The translations under genes were made by a program, and so were the position numbers. Source: Eledone cirrhosa (taxonomy: Eukaryota). Taken from it: DNA of 64,000 nucleotides. The notes under the pieces were generated by a model. The model had not been told where the DNA came from and did no database searches. It saw only the letters and a program-made list of their open reading frames with translations. The stretch is from contig OZ024757.1 in assembly GCA_964016885.1 (NCBI GenBank), positions 31,248,001 through 31,312,000 of the forward strand, in the 5' to 3' direction. Below, one piece after another: positions 1-18,647 of this stretch. The first letter of the stretch is position 1, and every line of letters starts with the position of its first letter.

Positions 1-19
1 GCAACGATAGAGATGTTTC

Positions 20-1042
20 TGATACTGATGATGATGGTGGCAATGGCGATGATGGTGATGGTGGTGGTGGTGGTGGTGGTGATGGTGGTGATGGCGGTGA
101 TGGCGATGACAATGGGAGGGGGTGATAGTGGGTGTTAGGGCCGGGGTGATGAAGATGATGATGATGATAATCCTGACGATGATGACCATGGTCATGATGG
201 TGATGGTGATGGTGATAAAGGTGATGGTGATGGTGGTTCTATTAGCCTCCAGCCTTTGTTCGTTATCTATTTTCACATGTCCACCACCCACTACATACCA
301 TTCACCACCACCACCACCATTACCTTCATTAGCACTAACACCCCCACCACCACCAGCACCGCCATTAACACCACCACCACCAACAACACCACCACCATTA
401 ACACCACCACCATTAACGCCACCACCATTAACACCAACACCACCAGCACCAACATCACCACCACCACCACAACTAACACTACCACCATTACTCACACTAC
501 CACCATTACTAACACAATCAACCGCCACCACCATTAACACCACCAACACCACCATTAACACCACCACCACCACCGCCGCCATCACCAACGCCACCATTAA
601 CACCACCACCACTACCACCGCTACCACTACCACCAACACCACCACCAACACCACTACCACCAACACCACCACCACCACCACCACCACCACCAACACCACC
701 AACACCACCACCACCATTAACACCAACACCACCAGCACCAACATCACCACCACCACCACAACTAACACTACCACCATTACTAACACAGTCAACCGCCACC
801 ACCATTAACACAACCAACACCACCATTAACACCACCACCACCATTAACACCACCACCACCACTATCATTGCCAACACCACCATCACCAACACCACCATTA
901 ACACCACCGCCATCACCAACACCACCACCACTACCACCACCAACAACAACACCACTACCACCAACAACACCACTACCACCACCACCACCACCACCAACAC
1001 CACCACCACCACCAACACCACCACCAACACCACCACCACTAC
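20..1042. repeat. Degenerate (GGT/GAT)n block followed by (CCA/ACA)n block
   Basis: Direct inspection; the poly-V/P/T ORFs are artefacts of the repeat. Confidence 0.95.
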
Positions 1043-1127
1043 TTCCACTAAATATAATTTCTGGCAGTTCTTTTTTAATGGTAAACGAACTCTGTCTAAA
1101 TACGTCAATGACTTCTGTTGAACAGCA

Positions 1128-6352
<5,225 letters not shown>

Positions 6353-6830
6353 TCGTACTTTTGGGACGATGAAACTGCCAATATAAACATTTCAGTTTTA
6401 TTAGCTTTCAATTAGATCATTTATTTAACTAATTAAATCATTAACGATTTATTTAATCCACTAATTATTTACTACTTACTCTGTTTAACGAAATACTTTC
6501 GCCACGACCTGTCATCTTATCTATAACGTAACTATATGTCCCTCATACACTTTCACTTCACCACAATTTTGCGCTCACCGTTCGTTCTTCCGTAAAACTA
6601 ATATTTGTGTGTATATGCGTGTATGCGTATACATATATGTCTCTCTCTCTCACTCTCTCTCTCACTCTCTCTCTCACTCTCTCTCTCTCCCTCTCCCTCT
6701 CTCCATCTCCCTCTCTCTCTCCCTCTCTCTCTATCTCTCTCCCCCTCTCTCTCTCCCGCTCTCTCTCTCTCTCTCCCGCTCTCTCTCTCTCTCTCTCTCC
6801 CGCTCGCTCTCTCTCTCTCTCTCTCTCTCC

Positions 6831-6869
<39 letters not shown>

Positions 6870-6875
<6 letters not shown>

Positions 6876-7274
6876 TGTATGCGTATTTATTTCACGAAAG
6901 CACAGACGGCTTTACAATAAGATTTCACATCTTTGGGAAAAGGCTTTGATCCATTTTGAGATGTAACTCTGATTTTTAGCAAATCTTAATGTCGTAAAGG
7001 AGAAGATTGCAACATGTAACAGATCTCTATATATTTCCAAATGATGCATTTTAATATTCTTACGTTTAGAAAAAAATATATCTCGCTGCTTTTACCCTCT
7101 TACAATGCCTTACACGACTTTCTCTTTAATATCGCTTTGTTCTTCAATAGGAACAAAATGAAAATACGTATGATAAAAACTGAAGCAATAGCTTCTATGT
7201 TGGAAATAACTCATGATAAAAAACTTGCCAATCTATGTTTAGAATCCCGAGCAACGCCGGACCATTCTACTAGT
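6870..7274 (+). mobile_element. Non-autonomous Helitron-like element; 3' end clear, 5' boundary uncertain
   Basis: Subterminal hairpin CCCGAGCAACGCCGG (7246-7260) followed by CTAG|T (7270-7274), the canonical Helitron 3' signature. Confidence 0.65.
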
Positions 7275-7416
7275 ATTACCTAAAATAAATAAAAATGTGC
7301 CTGAGAGGATTACCGACGCGCCATATCGCCATTTCTGTTATGTTTCAATATAACTCTCATTTGTAATTTTATGTTGTTACATTCTTTGCAGATAATCTCC
7401 CGTTAATGTTTCATAT

Positions 7417-7515
<99 letters not shown>

Positions 7516-7653
7516 GGTGTGTATATATATATATGTATGTATATATATATATATGTGTATATATATATATGTATGTATATATATATATATGTATGTATAT
7601 CTATCTATATATATATATATATGTATGTATATCTATATATGTATATATATATA

Positions 7654-7711
<58 letters not shown>

Positions 7712-7765
7712 TACATATAATTCGTTTTTGAATATATATATATACATGCACATATATCTATCTAG

Positions 7766-7815
<50 letters not shown>

Positions 7816-7846
7816 ATTTATATATAAATATGTGTCTATTGATATC

Positions 7847-7981
<135 letters not shown>

Positions 7982-8259
7982 ATATGTGTGTGTCTTATGC
8001 AATTGTTTTTTCTTCTGAGAAATATCTTCACCGTCAGTGGTACAACCATTGTCAATGTCGTACATTCATTACATAAACTGACGTGTATTTGAGAGGTTTG
8101 TTGCTTTTGTTGCTTTATGGATGTCTTGCAAATCTCTCTCTCTTTGTCTCCCTCTCTCTCCCACCCTCGCTCACTCTCTCTCTCTCTCTCTCTCATACAC
8201 ATATATATTTATACACATATATATATATTTGTACACACATATATATATATGTGTGTGTT

Positions 8260-8341
<82 letters not shown>

Positions 8342-8394
8342 TGTAAAATGTACTTTTGTAGTAATAAGCAGCGGAAATATACGATTAATTTATA

Positions 8395-8454
<60 letters not shown>

Positions 8455-8619
8455 ATAGGCTGCGAATTCACTGAGTTTTTTTTTTCAAGTTATTACTGTG
8501 TTGCGACTAAACCATCTTACAATCATATAATACAGCTTCTATTTCTTCCCCAAAGTTTCAAAACCGGTGATGATTGTGTACCTGCAATTCAATAGAATTC
8601 ATATTGATAAAGCTAGCTC

Positions 8620-8780
8620 TGAGGCAAGGGATAGGCAGTGTCGTTAGAACATCATATAGAATGCTTTGCAGTACTCGTTCCTGCTCTCTGCTCTCTGAGT
8701 TCAAATTCTGCTGAGGTCAACTTTACTTTCATCCGTTCGAGGTCGTTAAAATAAAACATACCAGTGCCGTACTAAGGTTG
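8620..8780 (+). mobile_element. Diverged tRNA-derived SINE (family S1)
   Basis: B-box-like GAGTTCAAATTC, then GAGGTCAACTTTACTTTCATCC...GGTCG..AAAATAAA..TACCAG core. Confidence 0.7.
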
Positions 8781-8941
8781 AATCTTCCTCTGCGTCTTTT
8801 TCTTTCTTCTCCTCACTCTCTTTCCTTCTGTTCAGACCTGGAGAAGGGATCGGCTATTTGAGGTTTCAAAACGCACATAACACGCCATATGTCACTCCGG
8901 AACCCTTGCGACACCATCGGGCTTTACGTGTCCATACACGC

Positions 8942-9120
8942 TTATGAGTTCTATTCTCGGACCGGGTGATGCGTTTTGACCTTGAGCAAGACATTTTGCT
9001 CCAGTTTACGTTGTTCCAGTTTACTCAGCTGTAGAAATGAGTTGTGACGTCACTGGTGCCAAGCTGTGTCTCGGCCATTGCCATTCCTCTTGGACAACAT
9101 CAGTGTCGTGAAGAAGGGAG
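8942..9120 (+). mobile_element. tRNA-derived SINE fragment (family S2)
   Basis: GAGTTCTATTC...CCTTGAGCAAGACA...TTACTCAGCTGTAGAAATGAG; matches 58085-58228 on the minus strand. Confidence 0.7.
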
Positions 9121-9181
9121 AACAGTTCGGATCTAACTGTTGAAACGGTCGGAGCTCAGCTGTCGGGGTCCTGACTCTTTT

Positions 9182-9185
<4 letters not shown>
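9121..9185. mobile_element. Family A fragment (one arm plus central stem)
   Basis: AACAGTT-loop-AACTGTT GAAACGGTCGGAGCTCAGCTGTCGGGGTC...TCCTA. Confidence 0.7.
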
Positions 9186-9225
<40 letters not shown>

Positions 9226-9237
9226 TATATATATATA

Positions 9238-9385
9238 AGGTTAACGTATGTTGATGCCCTAAGGACAGACACTGGTCTATTGGAGACGCAGGACATGGCA
9301 GCGATAATGAGGGACAGAGACCGCTGGAGAAAACTCGTCCATGGATCTCGGGAATTTTACCCGCCTTAGAAAAATAGAATAGAGA
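9238..9385 (+). mobile_element. 3' end of RTE/RTEX-type LINE ORF2
   Basis: Translates RLTYVDALRTDTGLLETQDMAAIMRDRDRWRKLVHGSREFYPP*; near-identical copy at 62490-62620. Confidence 0.8.
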
Positions 9386-9440
9386 ATATATATATATGAC
9401 GAAACATAAGTCAATTGCATGAACTCATAATCCTTTATTT

Positions 9441-9496
9441 ACTGCTATATATATTTCGATGATAGCCATTGAATGACTATGACCTCATCAGGCAGT
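9441..9496 (-). ncRNA. Minimal type I hammerhead ribozyme motif (lineage H1)
   Basis: Minus strand ACTGC CTGATGA [~11-bp stem II] GAAA TATATA TA GCAGT; stem I ACTGC/GCAGT. Confidence 0.75.
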
Positions 9497-9555
9497 TAGT
9501 CAGTTCTTAGATATGCCAGCTCTGTGTTTATGGTGTTGATGGTATCAGAGCCTTG

Positions 9556-9612
<57 letters not shown>

Positions 9613-9629
9613 CGTGTGTGTACGTGTAC

Positions 9630-9660
<31 letters not shown>

Positions 9661-9689
9661 TGTATGTATGTATGTATGTATGTATGCGT

Positions 9690-10066
9690 GATGAAATACA
9701 AGACCAGGCAAAGGGCGGAGGAACTCAGCAGAGCCAACGACCATCCAAATAATACTTTTTTTATTTTCCCCAGTTGTTGCCGAAACACCTTTCTAGGAGA
9801 GGGAAACTCTGAAAAAAAACCTGTGACTTCGGAAGCATCCGATGATGTTGACCAGTTCTCCTTTTCGGGTAGTGTTTTCGATGCTCAGAGAGTGGGATTG
9901 GTTGAGTGTAAGGCCATTCCCCACTTAAAAAAACCCTTCAATTCATAGGCATTGCTTGTTCAGGTGATATTACAGATTTGTGTAGCTGGCCGTAGCCTAA
10001 AAGTGCACCATTTTCTGTAATCTGACAAGCGATTGCAATACTCTTAGCAGAGTTTGCAGCTATTAT
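9690..10066 (+). mobile_element. Older copy of a non-autonomous RTE-like retroposon (family R)
   Basis: TCTAGGAGAGGGAAACTCTGA motif, diverged similarity to 63390-63780 (minus), ends in (ATGT)n. Confidence 0.55.
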
Positions 10067-10085
10067 GTATGTATGTATATATGTA

Positions 10086-10360
10086 TGGGACTGGCTTTGT
10101 GCAGTGCCTTTGCTCACTATAAAAGCTTCACAGCACAGGCATTGCTTTATATCTGGAGATCTCTCTGCACTTGTCGTCACGTGTTACCATGGGCCCAGCA
10201 CTATGTGTCAATAATTGTCACAAGTGTAGGGTTTGTACAAGAGTTTTCAAGTCGCTGGCTGGACTAAAAAGTCACACTCGTTCAGCGCATCGGTAGGGGT
10301 TCTCCTACACGGATATAAAGTAGTGGCCGTACTCGAAAACGAGTTGGCAGCCACCATGTA
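10086..10360 (+). mobile_element. Family R retroposon 3' part with (ATGT)n-like tail
   Basis: ~270 bp highly similar to the reverse complement of 63388-63660; ends GCAGCCACCATGTA. Confidence 0.75.
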
Positions 10361-10576
10361 TATATGTATATATGTATGTATGTATGTATGTACATATGTA
10401 TGTAAGTATATAGTATAGAGATAACCTAGACTGAGTAAAAGTGTATATAAATCTACATGATGTGTATTTAGACATGTAAACATGCCAAACTTAGGTACTT
10501 CCTTGTAAATTAAAAAAAATTGATAATGATCTTTAATCGATTTACAAACATTTTTTTTTAGTTCTCATCAGTAGAA

Positions 10577-10643
<67 letters not shown>

Positions 10644-10746
10644 TATATATATTTATATATACACACACACATATATATATATACATATATATATACACAC
10701 AGACACACATATATACATATATATATATACATACACCCACACACAC

Positions 10747-10801
<55 letters not shown>

Positions 10802-11545
10802 CATACATACATATACGTGATGGTGATATTGGCGATGACGTTGACCATAACTACGATGATGGCGATGATGGTGATGATAACGATGATGATGATGATAACG
10901 ATGATAATGGTGATAATGATGGTTATGATAATGGTTATTGTTATGATGATAACTTCAAGTGATGCCCCTATTATATAATTAAGGTGGAATGTTCACCTTG
11001 AAAAGGCTCTTCTAGGCAACCAGCCAACCAGCCTACCAGCCTGTCAGACCCACGAGGAAGAAAACCTACACACACACTCTCTCTCTCTCTCTCCTCTCTA
11101 CCTCTCTCTCCCCTGTCAGACTCACGAGGAAGAACGCAATCTAGTCCCCTTCTCTCCCTCCCTCTCACACCCTCCCCCTCCCCTATCTCTCTCTCTCCCT
11201 CTAACACCCTCCCCCTCCCCTCATCTCCCTCCCTCTCCACGCACACACCCCTCTCTCTCTCTCTACGACTTTCTCTCTATCGCTCTGTTATTCAATAAAC
11301 CAACAAACCAGCCGACCAGCCTGTCAGAGCCACGAGGAAGAAAACCTAACACCCCCCTTCTTCCTGCCCCTCCTTTCCTTCCCCCCTCTTTCCCCCACCC
11401 CACCCTCTTTATCCCCCCTTTCCTCTTCCCACCACCCTCCCCTCTTTCCCCCTCCGTTTCCTCTTCCCACCTCCCTCCCCTCTTTCCCCCTCTCTCTATC
11501 CTTCTTCAGTTTCTCATTCGTTATTCTATTCACCAAAATACTTCA

Positions 11546-12387
11546 AATATCCCCCCTCTATCTCTCCACTACAATATCCCCCCTCTATCTCTCCACTACA
11601 ATATCCCTCCCCCTATATCTCCACTATAATACCCCCCCCCCCATATCTCTCCACTACAATATCCCCACTATAATACCCCCCCTATATCTTCACTACAATA
11701 TCCCCCTCTATCTTTCCACTAGAATATCCCCCCCTATATCTCTCCACTACAATATCCCCACTATAATACCCCCTCTATCTCTCCACTACAATATCCCCCC
11801 TCTATCTCTCCACTACAATATCCCCCCTCTCTATCTCCACTACAATATCCCCCCTCTCTATCTCCACTACAATATCCCCCCTCTATCTCTCCACTACAAT
11901 ATCCCCCTCTATCTCTCCACTACAATATCCCCCCTCTATCTCTCCACTACAATATCCCCCCTCTCTATCTCCACTACAATATCCCCCTCTATCTCTCCAC
12001 TACAATATCATCCCTCTCTATCTCCACTACAATATCCCCCTCTATCTCTCCACTACAATATCCCCCTCTATCTCTCCACTACAATATCCCCCTCTATCTC
12101 TCCACTACAATATCCCCCTCTATCTCTCCACTACAATATCCCCCTCTATCTCTCCACTACAATATCCCCCTCTATCTCTCCACTACAATATCCCCCTCTA
12201 TCTCTCCACTACAATATCCCCCTCTATCTCTCCACTACAATATCCCCCCTCCTATATCTCTCCACTACAATATCCCCCTCTATCTCTCCACTACAATATC
12301 CCCCCCTCTATCTCTCCACTACAATATCCCCCCTCTCTATCTCTCCACTACAATATCCCCCCCCCCCTCTGTCTCTCCACTACAATC
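11546..12387. repeat. Minisatellite, ~23-26 bp unit CTCTATCTCTCCACTACAATATCCCC
   Basis: About 30-35 tandem units with variable C-run. Confidence 0.95.
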
Positions 12388-12654
12388 AACTGTTATTTTT
12401 AACATTAGACATTACAAGAAATAAAACCCCGATAATACTTCATTTATTTACATCTTGCTCCCCCCCTCTTCCTCCACCTCCTCTTCCACCACCTCCTCTT
12501 CCACCTCCTCCTCCCCATCATCCTGTTCTTCCTCTTTTTCTATGTATCTTTCTTTCTTTCTTTCTTTCATCACTTTTCTTTCTTTCTTTCCTTTTTATTT
12601 TCTTTCTTTTTACTTTAATTTCTTTTTTCCTTTCTTTCTCATTTATCCATTCCC

Positions 12655-13180
12655 CTCCACAACTACTACTACTGCTGCTGCTGCTAACGCCACTGCTACC
12701 ACTACTACTACTACCACCACCACCACTATTAACACTACTACTATTACGACTACTACTACTACTACTACCGCCACTACCAACATTACTACTTCTACTACTA
12801 CAACCACCACCACTACCAACACCACCGCCACTGCTACTAACACCACCACTACCAACACTACTACTACCAACACCACCACTACAACACCACTACTACCACC
12901 GCCACTGCTACCTACACCAACACTACCAACACTACTACTACTACTACTACTACCACCGCCAACACTACCAACACCACCACTACCAACACCACCGCCACTG
13001 CTACTAACACCACCACTACCAACACTACTACTACCAACACCACCACTACCAACACCACCACTACTACTACCACCGCCACTGCTACTTACACCAACACTAC
13101 TACTACTGCTAACACCACCACTACCAACACTATTACTACTACTACTACTACCACCCACTACCATTGCTGCTGCTATTATT
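12655..13180. repeat. (CTA/CCA)n trinucleotide block
   Basis: Direct inspection. Confidence 0.9.
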
Positions 13181-13311
13181 AAACTTTCCATCCTGTTTAA
13201 CTTCGTTGCCTCCATTTTCACCTTTCATATCTCCCCCACCACCCCTTTCATATCTCCCCCACCACCTCTTTCATATCTCCACCACCACCCCTTCTCTACA
13301 CATCTACTAGT

Positions 13312-13343
<32 letters not shown>

Positions 13344-13349
<6 letters not shown>

Positions 13350-13381
13350 CATATTTACTTTGGGCTCTTGGGTAGGCTGGT

Positions 13382-13428
<47 letters not shown>

Positions 13429-13460
13429 CATATTTACTTTGGGCTCTTGGGTAGGCTGGT

Positions 13461-13509
<49 letters not shown>

Positions 13510-13544
13510 CATATATTACTTTGGGCTCTTGGGTAGGCTGGTTG

Positions 13545-13546
<2 letters not shown>
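13344..13546. repeat. Three tandem copies of ACACCATATTTACTTTGGGCTCTTGGGTAGGCTGGTTG separated by (TA)n
   Basis: Direct inspection. Confidence 0.9.
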
Positions 13547-13594
<48 letters not shown>

Positions 13595-13680
13595 AATGGC
13601 ATGGAATGAAACAAAAATTACATTTCTCACTCTTAGTACGGCACTTACTTAAATACATACATACATACATACATACTTAC

Positions 13681-13736
<56 letters not shown>

Positions 13737-13832
13737 TGTGTATATATATACATTTTATTTCATATATCTAGTAGTAAATCTAATTTTACATCTACCTACA
13801 TATCTATCTGTCTGTCTGTCTGTCTGTCTGTG

Positions 13833-13900
13833 TGTGTAAACTTCCCCCTTTGTATTTGTCCCCTTCTTATGTGCCCCTGTGGCTAATAAAGAAACATATC
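13833..13900 (+). mobile_element. Tx1/L1-like LINE 3' tip
   Basis: TTGTCCCC...GTGCCCCTGTGGCTAATAAAGAAA; same end as 34395-34860. Confidence 0.6.
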
Positions 13901-14380
13901 TATGTGCCCTTCTAAAAGAAAGATATCTATCTACCTCTCTCGCTCTATTTCTCTCTCTCTATATATATATATATATAAATATATATATATTTTTTTTTCT
14001 TACGACGGCAAGTATATGTAAAGGTATGTATATTTCCTCTGATAATTTGTAATATTTTCACATAGATCTATATGATATACATACCAACACACATATACTT
14101 CCCAGAAACGATCGTAAAATGATGAATTTTTTAATATAACGAACTTGTTCTTTGTGTTTATTGCATTGTTTTTATTAATTTACATAAATATATATAAATA
14201 TATATATATATATATATGTAGGAGGTGAGTTTTATAGTAGTACAATAAAGCAATGCAGATATCGGATAAGAAGCACTCTACAAGTGGTAAGACTGGAGTA
14301 TACATAATATATAAGATCAAAAGATGGTTAAAAGAGTTCCATGTATTTTATTATGCGCATTTCAAAAACAATATATATTA

Positions 14381-14411
<31 letters not shown>

Positions 14412-14830
14412 GATATGTATGACTATATATATAAATAATATTTCATAAATCTTGTCTCACTTTTCACCATTAAATACTACCAGTGTCTTACCCGAGTAGT
14501 TTTTCACTTTCTCCTCCCTCTCCCCTTCTCTCTCCTTCCCTCTCTCTCTCTCCCCCTCTATCTCTCTCCCCCTCTCTCTCCCTCTCTCTCTCTCTTCTGG
14601 TTCATTTCCGTCTAATTTCTCACCCATATCCTCTCTACTGCGGGGTATATCCAACACGCACGCACACACGAACACGCACACACATACACACACACACGTA
14701 CGCTTGCCAACACACATTAATTAATAACGAATGCACTTCACAGAGTTTTGTGGGGGTATTTTGTAATGTAATATAAGTTATATAAATATATACATACATG
14801 TGTATATATATATATATATGTATATATATA

Positions 14831-14868
<38 letters not shown>

Positions 14869-14908
14869 AACATGTCTATATTTATATATACATATATATA
14901 TATATTCA

Positions 14909-14940
<32 letters not shown>

Positions 14941-14952
14941 CATATATATACA

Positions 14953-14984
<32 letters not shown>

Positions 14985-14985
14985 C

Positions 14986-15034
<49 letters not shown>

Positions 15035-15035
15035 C

Positions 15036-15080
<45 letters not shown>

Positions 15081-15081
15081 C

Positions 15082-15161
<80 letters not shown>

Positions 15162-15163
<2 letters not shown>

Positions 15164-15339
15164 GGAACCAGTAAGACCCCGACAGCTGAGCTCAAGCCGT
15201 TTCGACGGCTAATTCGTCGAAACGGCTTGAGCTCAGCTGTCGGGGTCCTACTCGTTCCTATTACCCACTCTACTACCTCAAGTATTGAGTACTTTGGTGC
15301 GTTATGGTCCACCTGGTTCCTTACCACATTTCCTTCGTT
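15162..15339 (+). mobile_element. Family A copy 3
   Basis: Long hairpin plus tail, in (TA)n. Confidence 0.85.
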
Positions 15340-15480
15340 ATATATATATACATATACAGTGAGAGATAGTGAGGGATATATATAATGAAATACCAATGAC
15401 CGTTGGCAAATCACTGATGAGGGACTCATTTTATAACATGTTATCCATGTGAAACCATGCAGTATTCTTCTCCCCATATT

Positions 15481-15525
<45 letters not shown>

Positions 15526-16361
15526 CCTCACTATCTCTCTCTGTCTCTATATATACATATACATCCCCCCACTCTCTCTCCTCTCTTTCATCCTATTTAT
15601 AAACTCTCTTTTTCACCTTCAGTTCCCGTCTATTTATAGTAACGGCCAACTTCTAGTACCATGGTGATGGAGGATGGTATTACTGGTGATATATATATAT
15701 ACATGTGTGTGTGTATGTGTATGTATGTATGTATGTGTGTGTGTGTGGATAGATAGATATATATATACATGTGTGTGTGTATGTGGATATATATATATAT
15801 ACATGTGTGTGTATGTATGTATGTGCGTGTGGATATATATATATATATATACATGTGTGTGTGTGTGTGTGGATATATATATATACATGTGTGTGTATGT
15901 ATGTATGTGCGTGTGGATATATATATATATATATATATACATGTGTGTGTGTGTGTGTGTGGATATATATATATACATGTGTGTGTATGTATGTATGTGC
16001 GTGTGGATATATATATATATATATACATGTGTGTGTGTGTGTGTGGATATATATATATATATATATACATGTGTGTGTGTGAGGATATATATATATAAAT
16101 ATATATATATATATGTATAAAACTTCCCTCCTCCATTTTCTCCAGAACAATTTTTCAACTTTTCATACACTATCCTTACAATCTGCTGTCTACATATCAC
16201 TTTCAACGCTTGACCGGCTCCACCCACTCCCTCAGTGTTCTACAGGCAAGTTCAGCCACCCCTAACACCCACCAAATGCCATGATAGACTTATTTGTGTT
16301 TTCAACAAATTTTGACCAATCCTCTCGACAACTACAATCTTCCCATATAAGGATGTACCCA

Positions 16362-16533
16362 TTGACAAGTTCGGCTATTTATTCACCAGGCTAAAAATTC
16401 TAATTTAGTCCAGAAATAGCCGTCGAAACGGCTTGAGCTCTGCTGTCGGGGTCATCCTTTTTCCTATTACCGACTCTACTGAATACTCTGGTGCATTATG
16501 GTCCATCTGGTTCCTTACCACAATTCCTTCGTT
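16362..16533 (+). mobile_element. Family A copy lacking the inverted arm (possible ancestral, unfolded form)
   Basis: TTGACAA GTT CGGCTATTT...AAATAGCCG TC GAAACGGCTTGAGCTC, then family A tail. Confidence 0.65.
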
Positions 16534-17104
16534 ATATGTATATATATACATATATATATATGAATATATATATATATGAATATATATATGTATATATATG
16601 TATATGAATATATATATGTATATGAATATATATATGTATATGAATATGTATATGAATATATATATATGTATATGAATATATATATATATATATGAATACT
16701 ATACTCTTTCACTGGAATTTAGACATCAACTCGGTAGTTGTATGCATCTCTGCATGCATGCGCGCGTGTGGATGTGTAATTTTGAGTTAGATGTGTGCAT
16801 GTACATATGTTTTGTATCTGTACATGTGTACATGCAGTTATTACATGAATGTATGTATGCATATATATATGTGTGTGTATGTATGCATATATATATATGT
16901 GTGTGTGTATATATACATGTATTTATATATATATGAGAGAGAGAGAAGTTGGAAATAGCATGGAAAATATATTTTAGGGTCTTTTTTCTCTTTTTTCCTT
17001 TCTTTGATTCGTCAAAGTGACATTGAAAAAATGAGAGGGACAATTCTTTTAAAAAGGAGTTTTATAAAGTATATAAAATATATAAAGTATATAAAGTATA
17101 TAAA

Positions 17105-17460
17105 GTATTACCGGTTTCGATGTATTAGTAAAATTCATCTTATCAAATGTTGAGTATTACAATTAAAAAGAATTAATAAGAATTAAAAACTAAAAATTAA
17201 AGATTTAAAATTAAGTGTTGAGGTAAGTTTTTTTTTTCGATCTTCCTTGTTGAGAAGGAGACTGGAGAATGAGTTCTTGTGTATATAGAGAGAGGTGTGT
17301 AGTCATGATAGCAGCAGCAGCAGCAGCAGTGTTGGTAGTTGTGTTTCTTCACAGAACAAAATTATTTTTTGGGGGGGTCAAAGGAAATATTCTGTAGATA
17401 TGTGTGTGTATATCTGATTGTGTTAATTGACTGGTCAAGAGTTCAAATGGGGGTGGCGAG
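17105..17460 (-). mobile_element. Penelope-like element 3' remnant with decayed HHR
   Basis: Minus strand encodes TSLYIHKNSFSSLLLNKEDR (like the GIY-YIG C-terminus), then TTGATAA GATG..CATC GAAA CCGG TA at 17109-17136. Confidence 0.5.
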
Positions 17461-17706
17461 GGGGATGGGGAATTGCAAGCTAGAGACAAATATATATAGT
17501 GAAAATAATTGAAGTCAGATTTGCAGCTTATGTAGAAACTTTATTTGCATATCACAATTATTTCAATATCAATATCGATTAACTTGGGTGTGATCAAAGC
17601 AATCGAAGCCCTTCTCTTCTGCGATGTCTCCTCAGATATGTGAGTTTACAGCTAAACATATATATATTTCTGTTTCTCCATTGTGATCCTGTCTCTATTT
17701 GTGCTC

Positions 17707-17780
17707 CTGAAGAAGGGCTTAAGCCCGACACTTCGAATTTCTTTCCTCTTTCCAATATAAAGCGTGAAACTAATAATACT
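17707..17780 (+). ncRNA. Decayed HHR motif (lineage H2) plus flank
   Basis: CTGAAGA AGGGC TTAA GCCC GACA (GAAA mutated); 3' flank AAGCGTGAAACTAATA resembles that of other H2 copies. Confidence 0.5.
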
Positions 17781-17816
17781 TTTTGTACTTCTCTTTGTTG
17801 TCTTCTTGAACTATAT

Positions 17817-17898
<82 letters not shown>

Positions 17899-18039
17899 GT
17901 CAAGAATAATGAATTTGTCTATTGCTAGCATTCGACACGCTAAACTAGGTTAGGAAACAAACGTTCATTAGACAGGACAGCTGAGAGGCTGGCACTATGG
18001 CATATTTTGGCTGGAAAAGTTAGATTAGCCATCGTCCAG

Positions 18040-18235
18040 TATTCCTTTCCATTCTATTATTAATAGGGGCTTTCAGTTTCTTATCAAGTGGGCTTCCTTG
18101 ATTCTCAACGTGCCTGTACTGCACTCGGTAGCCAAGATGCTTGTGGTTATTTTACTGGCCCTGTTTCCGCATTTGATGATATGTTTGCGGAAAGAAGAGG
18201 AGTTGGTGTTGATGTGCTCTTTAATTTGGAGGTCG
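18040..18235 (-). pseudogene. Penelope-like GIY-YIG endonuclease remnant
   Basis: IKEHINTNSSSFRKHIIKC...ILATE...LRIKEAHLIR, then with a frameshift LKAPINNRME; fits the PLE R-x2-EH...H...E-x3-I...P-x-N pattern. Confidence 0.7.
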
Positions 18236-18442
18236 AAAGGACTAAAGAACCACAATATTATTAAGTAATTTCTCAACACAGTTGCTTGCTACCTACGGTT
18301 TCAAAGCCTAATCTTGTATTGGCCATAGAGACACTATATATATGATAGTGTTACAACAAGAAAAGACAACATTGAAGATCAATAAATCGCAATGGTGATA
18401 TATGATATATTAGTTTAACGCTTGATATAGTAGAGAGGGAAC

Positions 18443-18604
18443 CAGTGGTGGATTTAGAACAAATGAGGCCCTGTACTAGTTAAGTTATGAGACTCCTTAT
18501 ATTTGAAAAATTCATGGTAAAATCTTTTAGCAGGAAAAAGAGATCCCCGGGCAACGAGGCTCTTTGCTTAAGTACACCTTAACGCAATGTTAAATCCGGC
18601 ACTG
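18443..18604. mobile_element. hAT-like MITE inserted in an H2 element
   Basis: TIRs CAGTGGTGGATTTA / TAAATCCGGCACTG (12/14 match); imperfect 8-bp TSD GAGGGAAC / CAGAGAAC; empty-site relative at 43900-43970. Confidence 0.7.
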
Positions 18605-18611
18605 CAGAGAA

Positions 18612-18647
18612 CCTTAACATTTCGGACGTTAGTCTCTCATCAGAAGG
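18612..18647 (-). ncRNA. Minimal HHR motif (H2)
   Basis: CCTT CTGATGA GAGAC TAAC GTCC GAAA TG TT AAGG. Confidence 0.65.

Noticed and set aside
13344-13546. Repeat-spacer-like triplet
   Set aside because: Spacers are (TA)n; a simple tandem duplication
14345-14365. GAAA TGCGCA TA ATAAAA on the minus strand (HHR 3' half)
   Set aside because: 5' core absent, replaced by AT repeat; probably an H3-like remnant but not callable
15413-15430. CTGATGAGGGACTC
   Set aside because: No downstream GAAA or stem II
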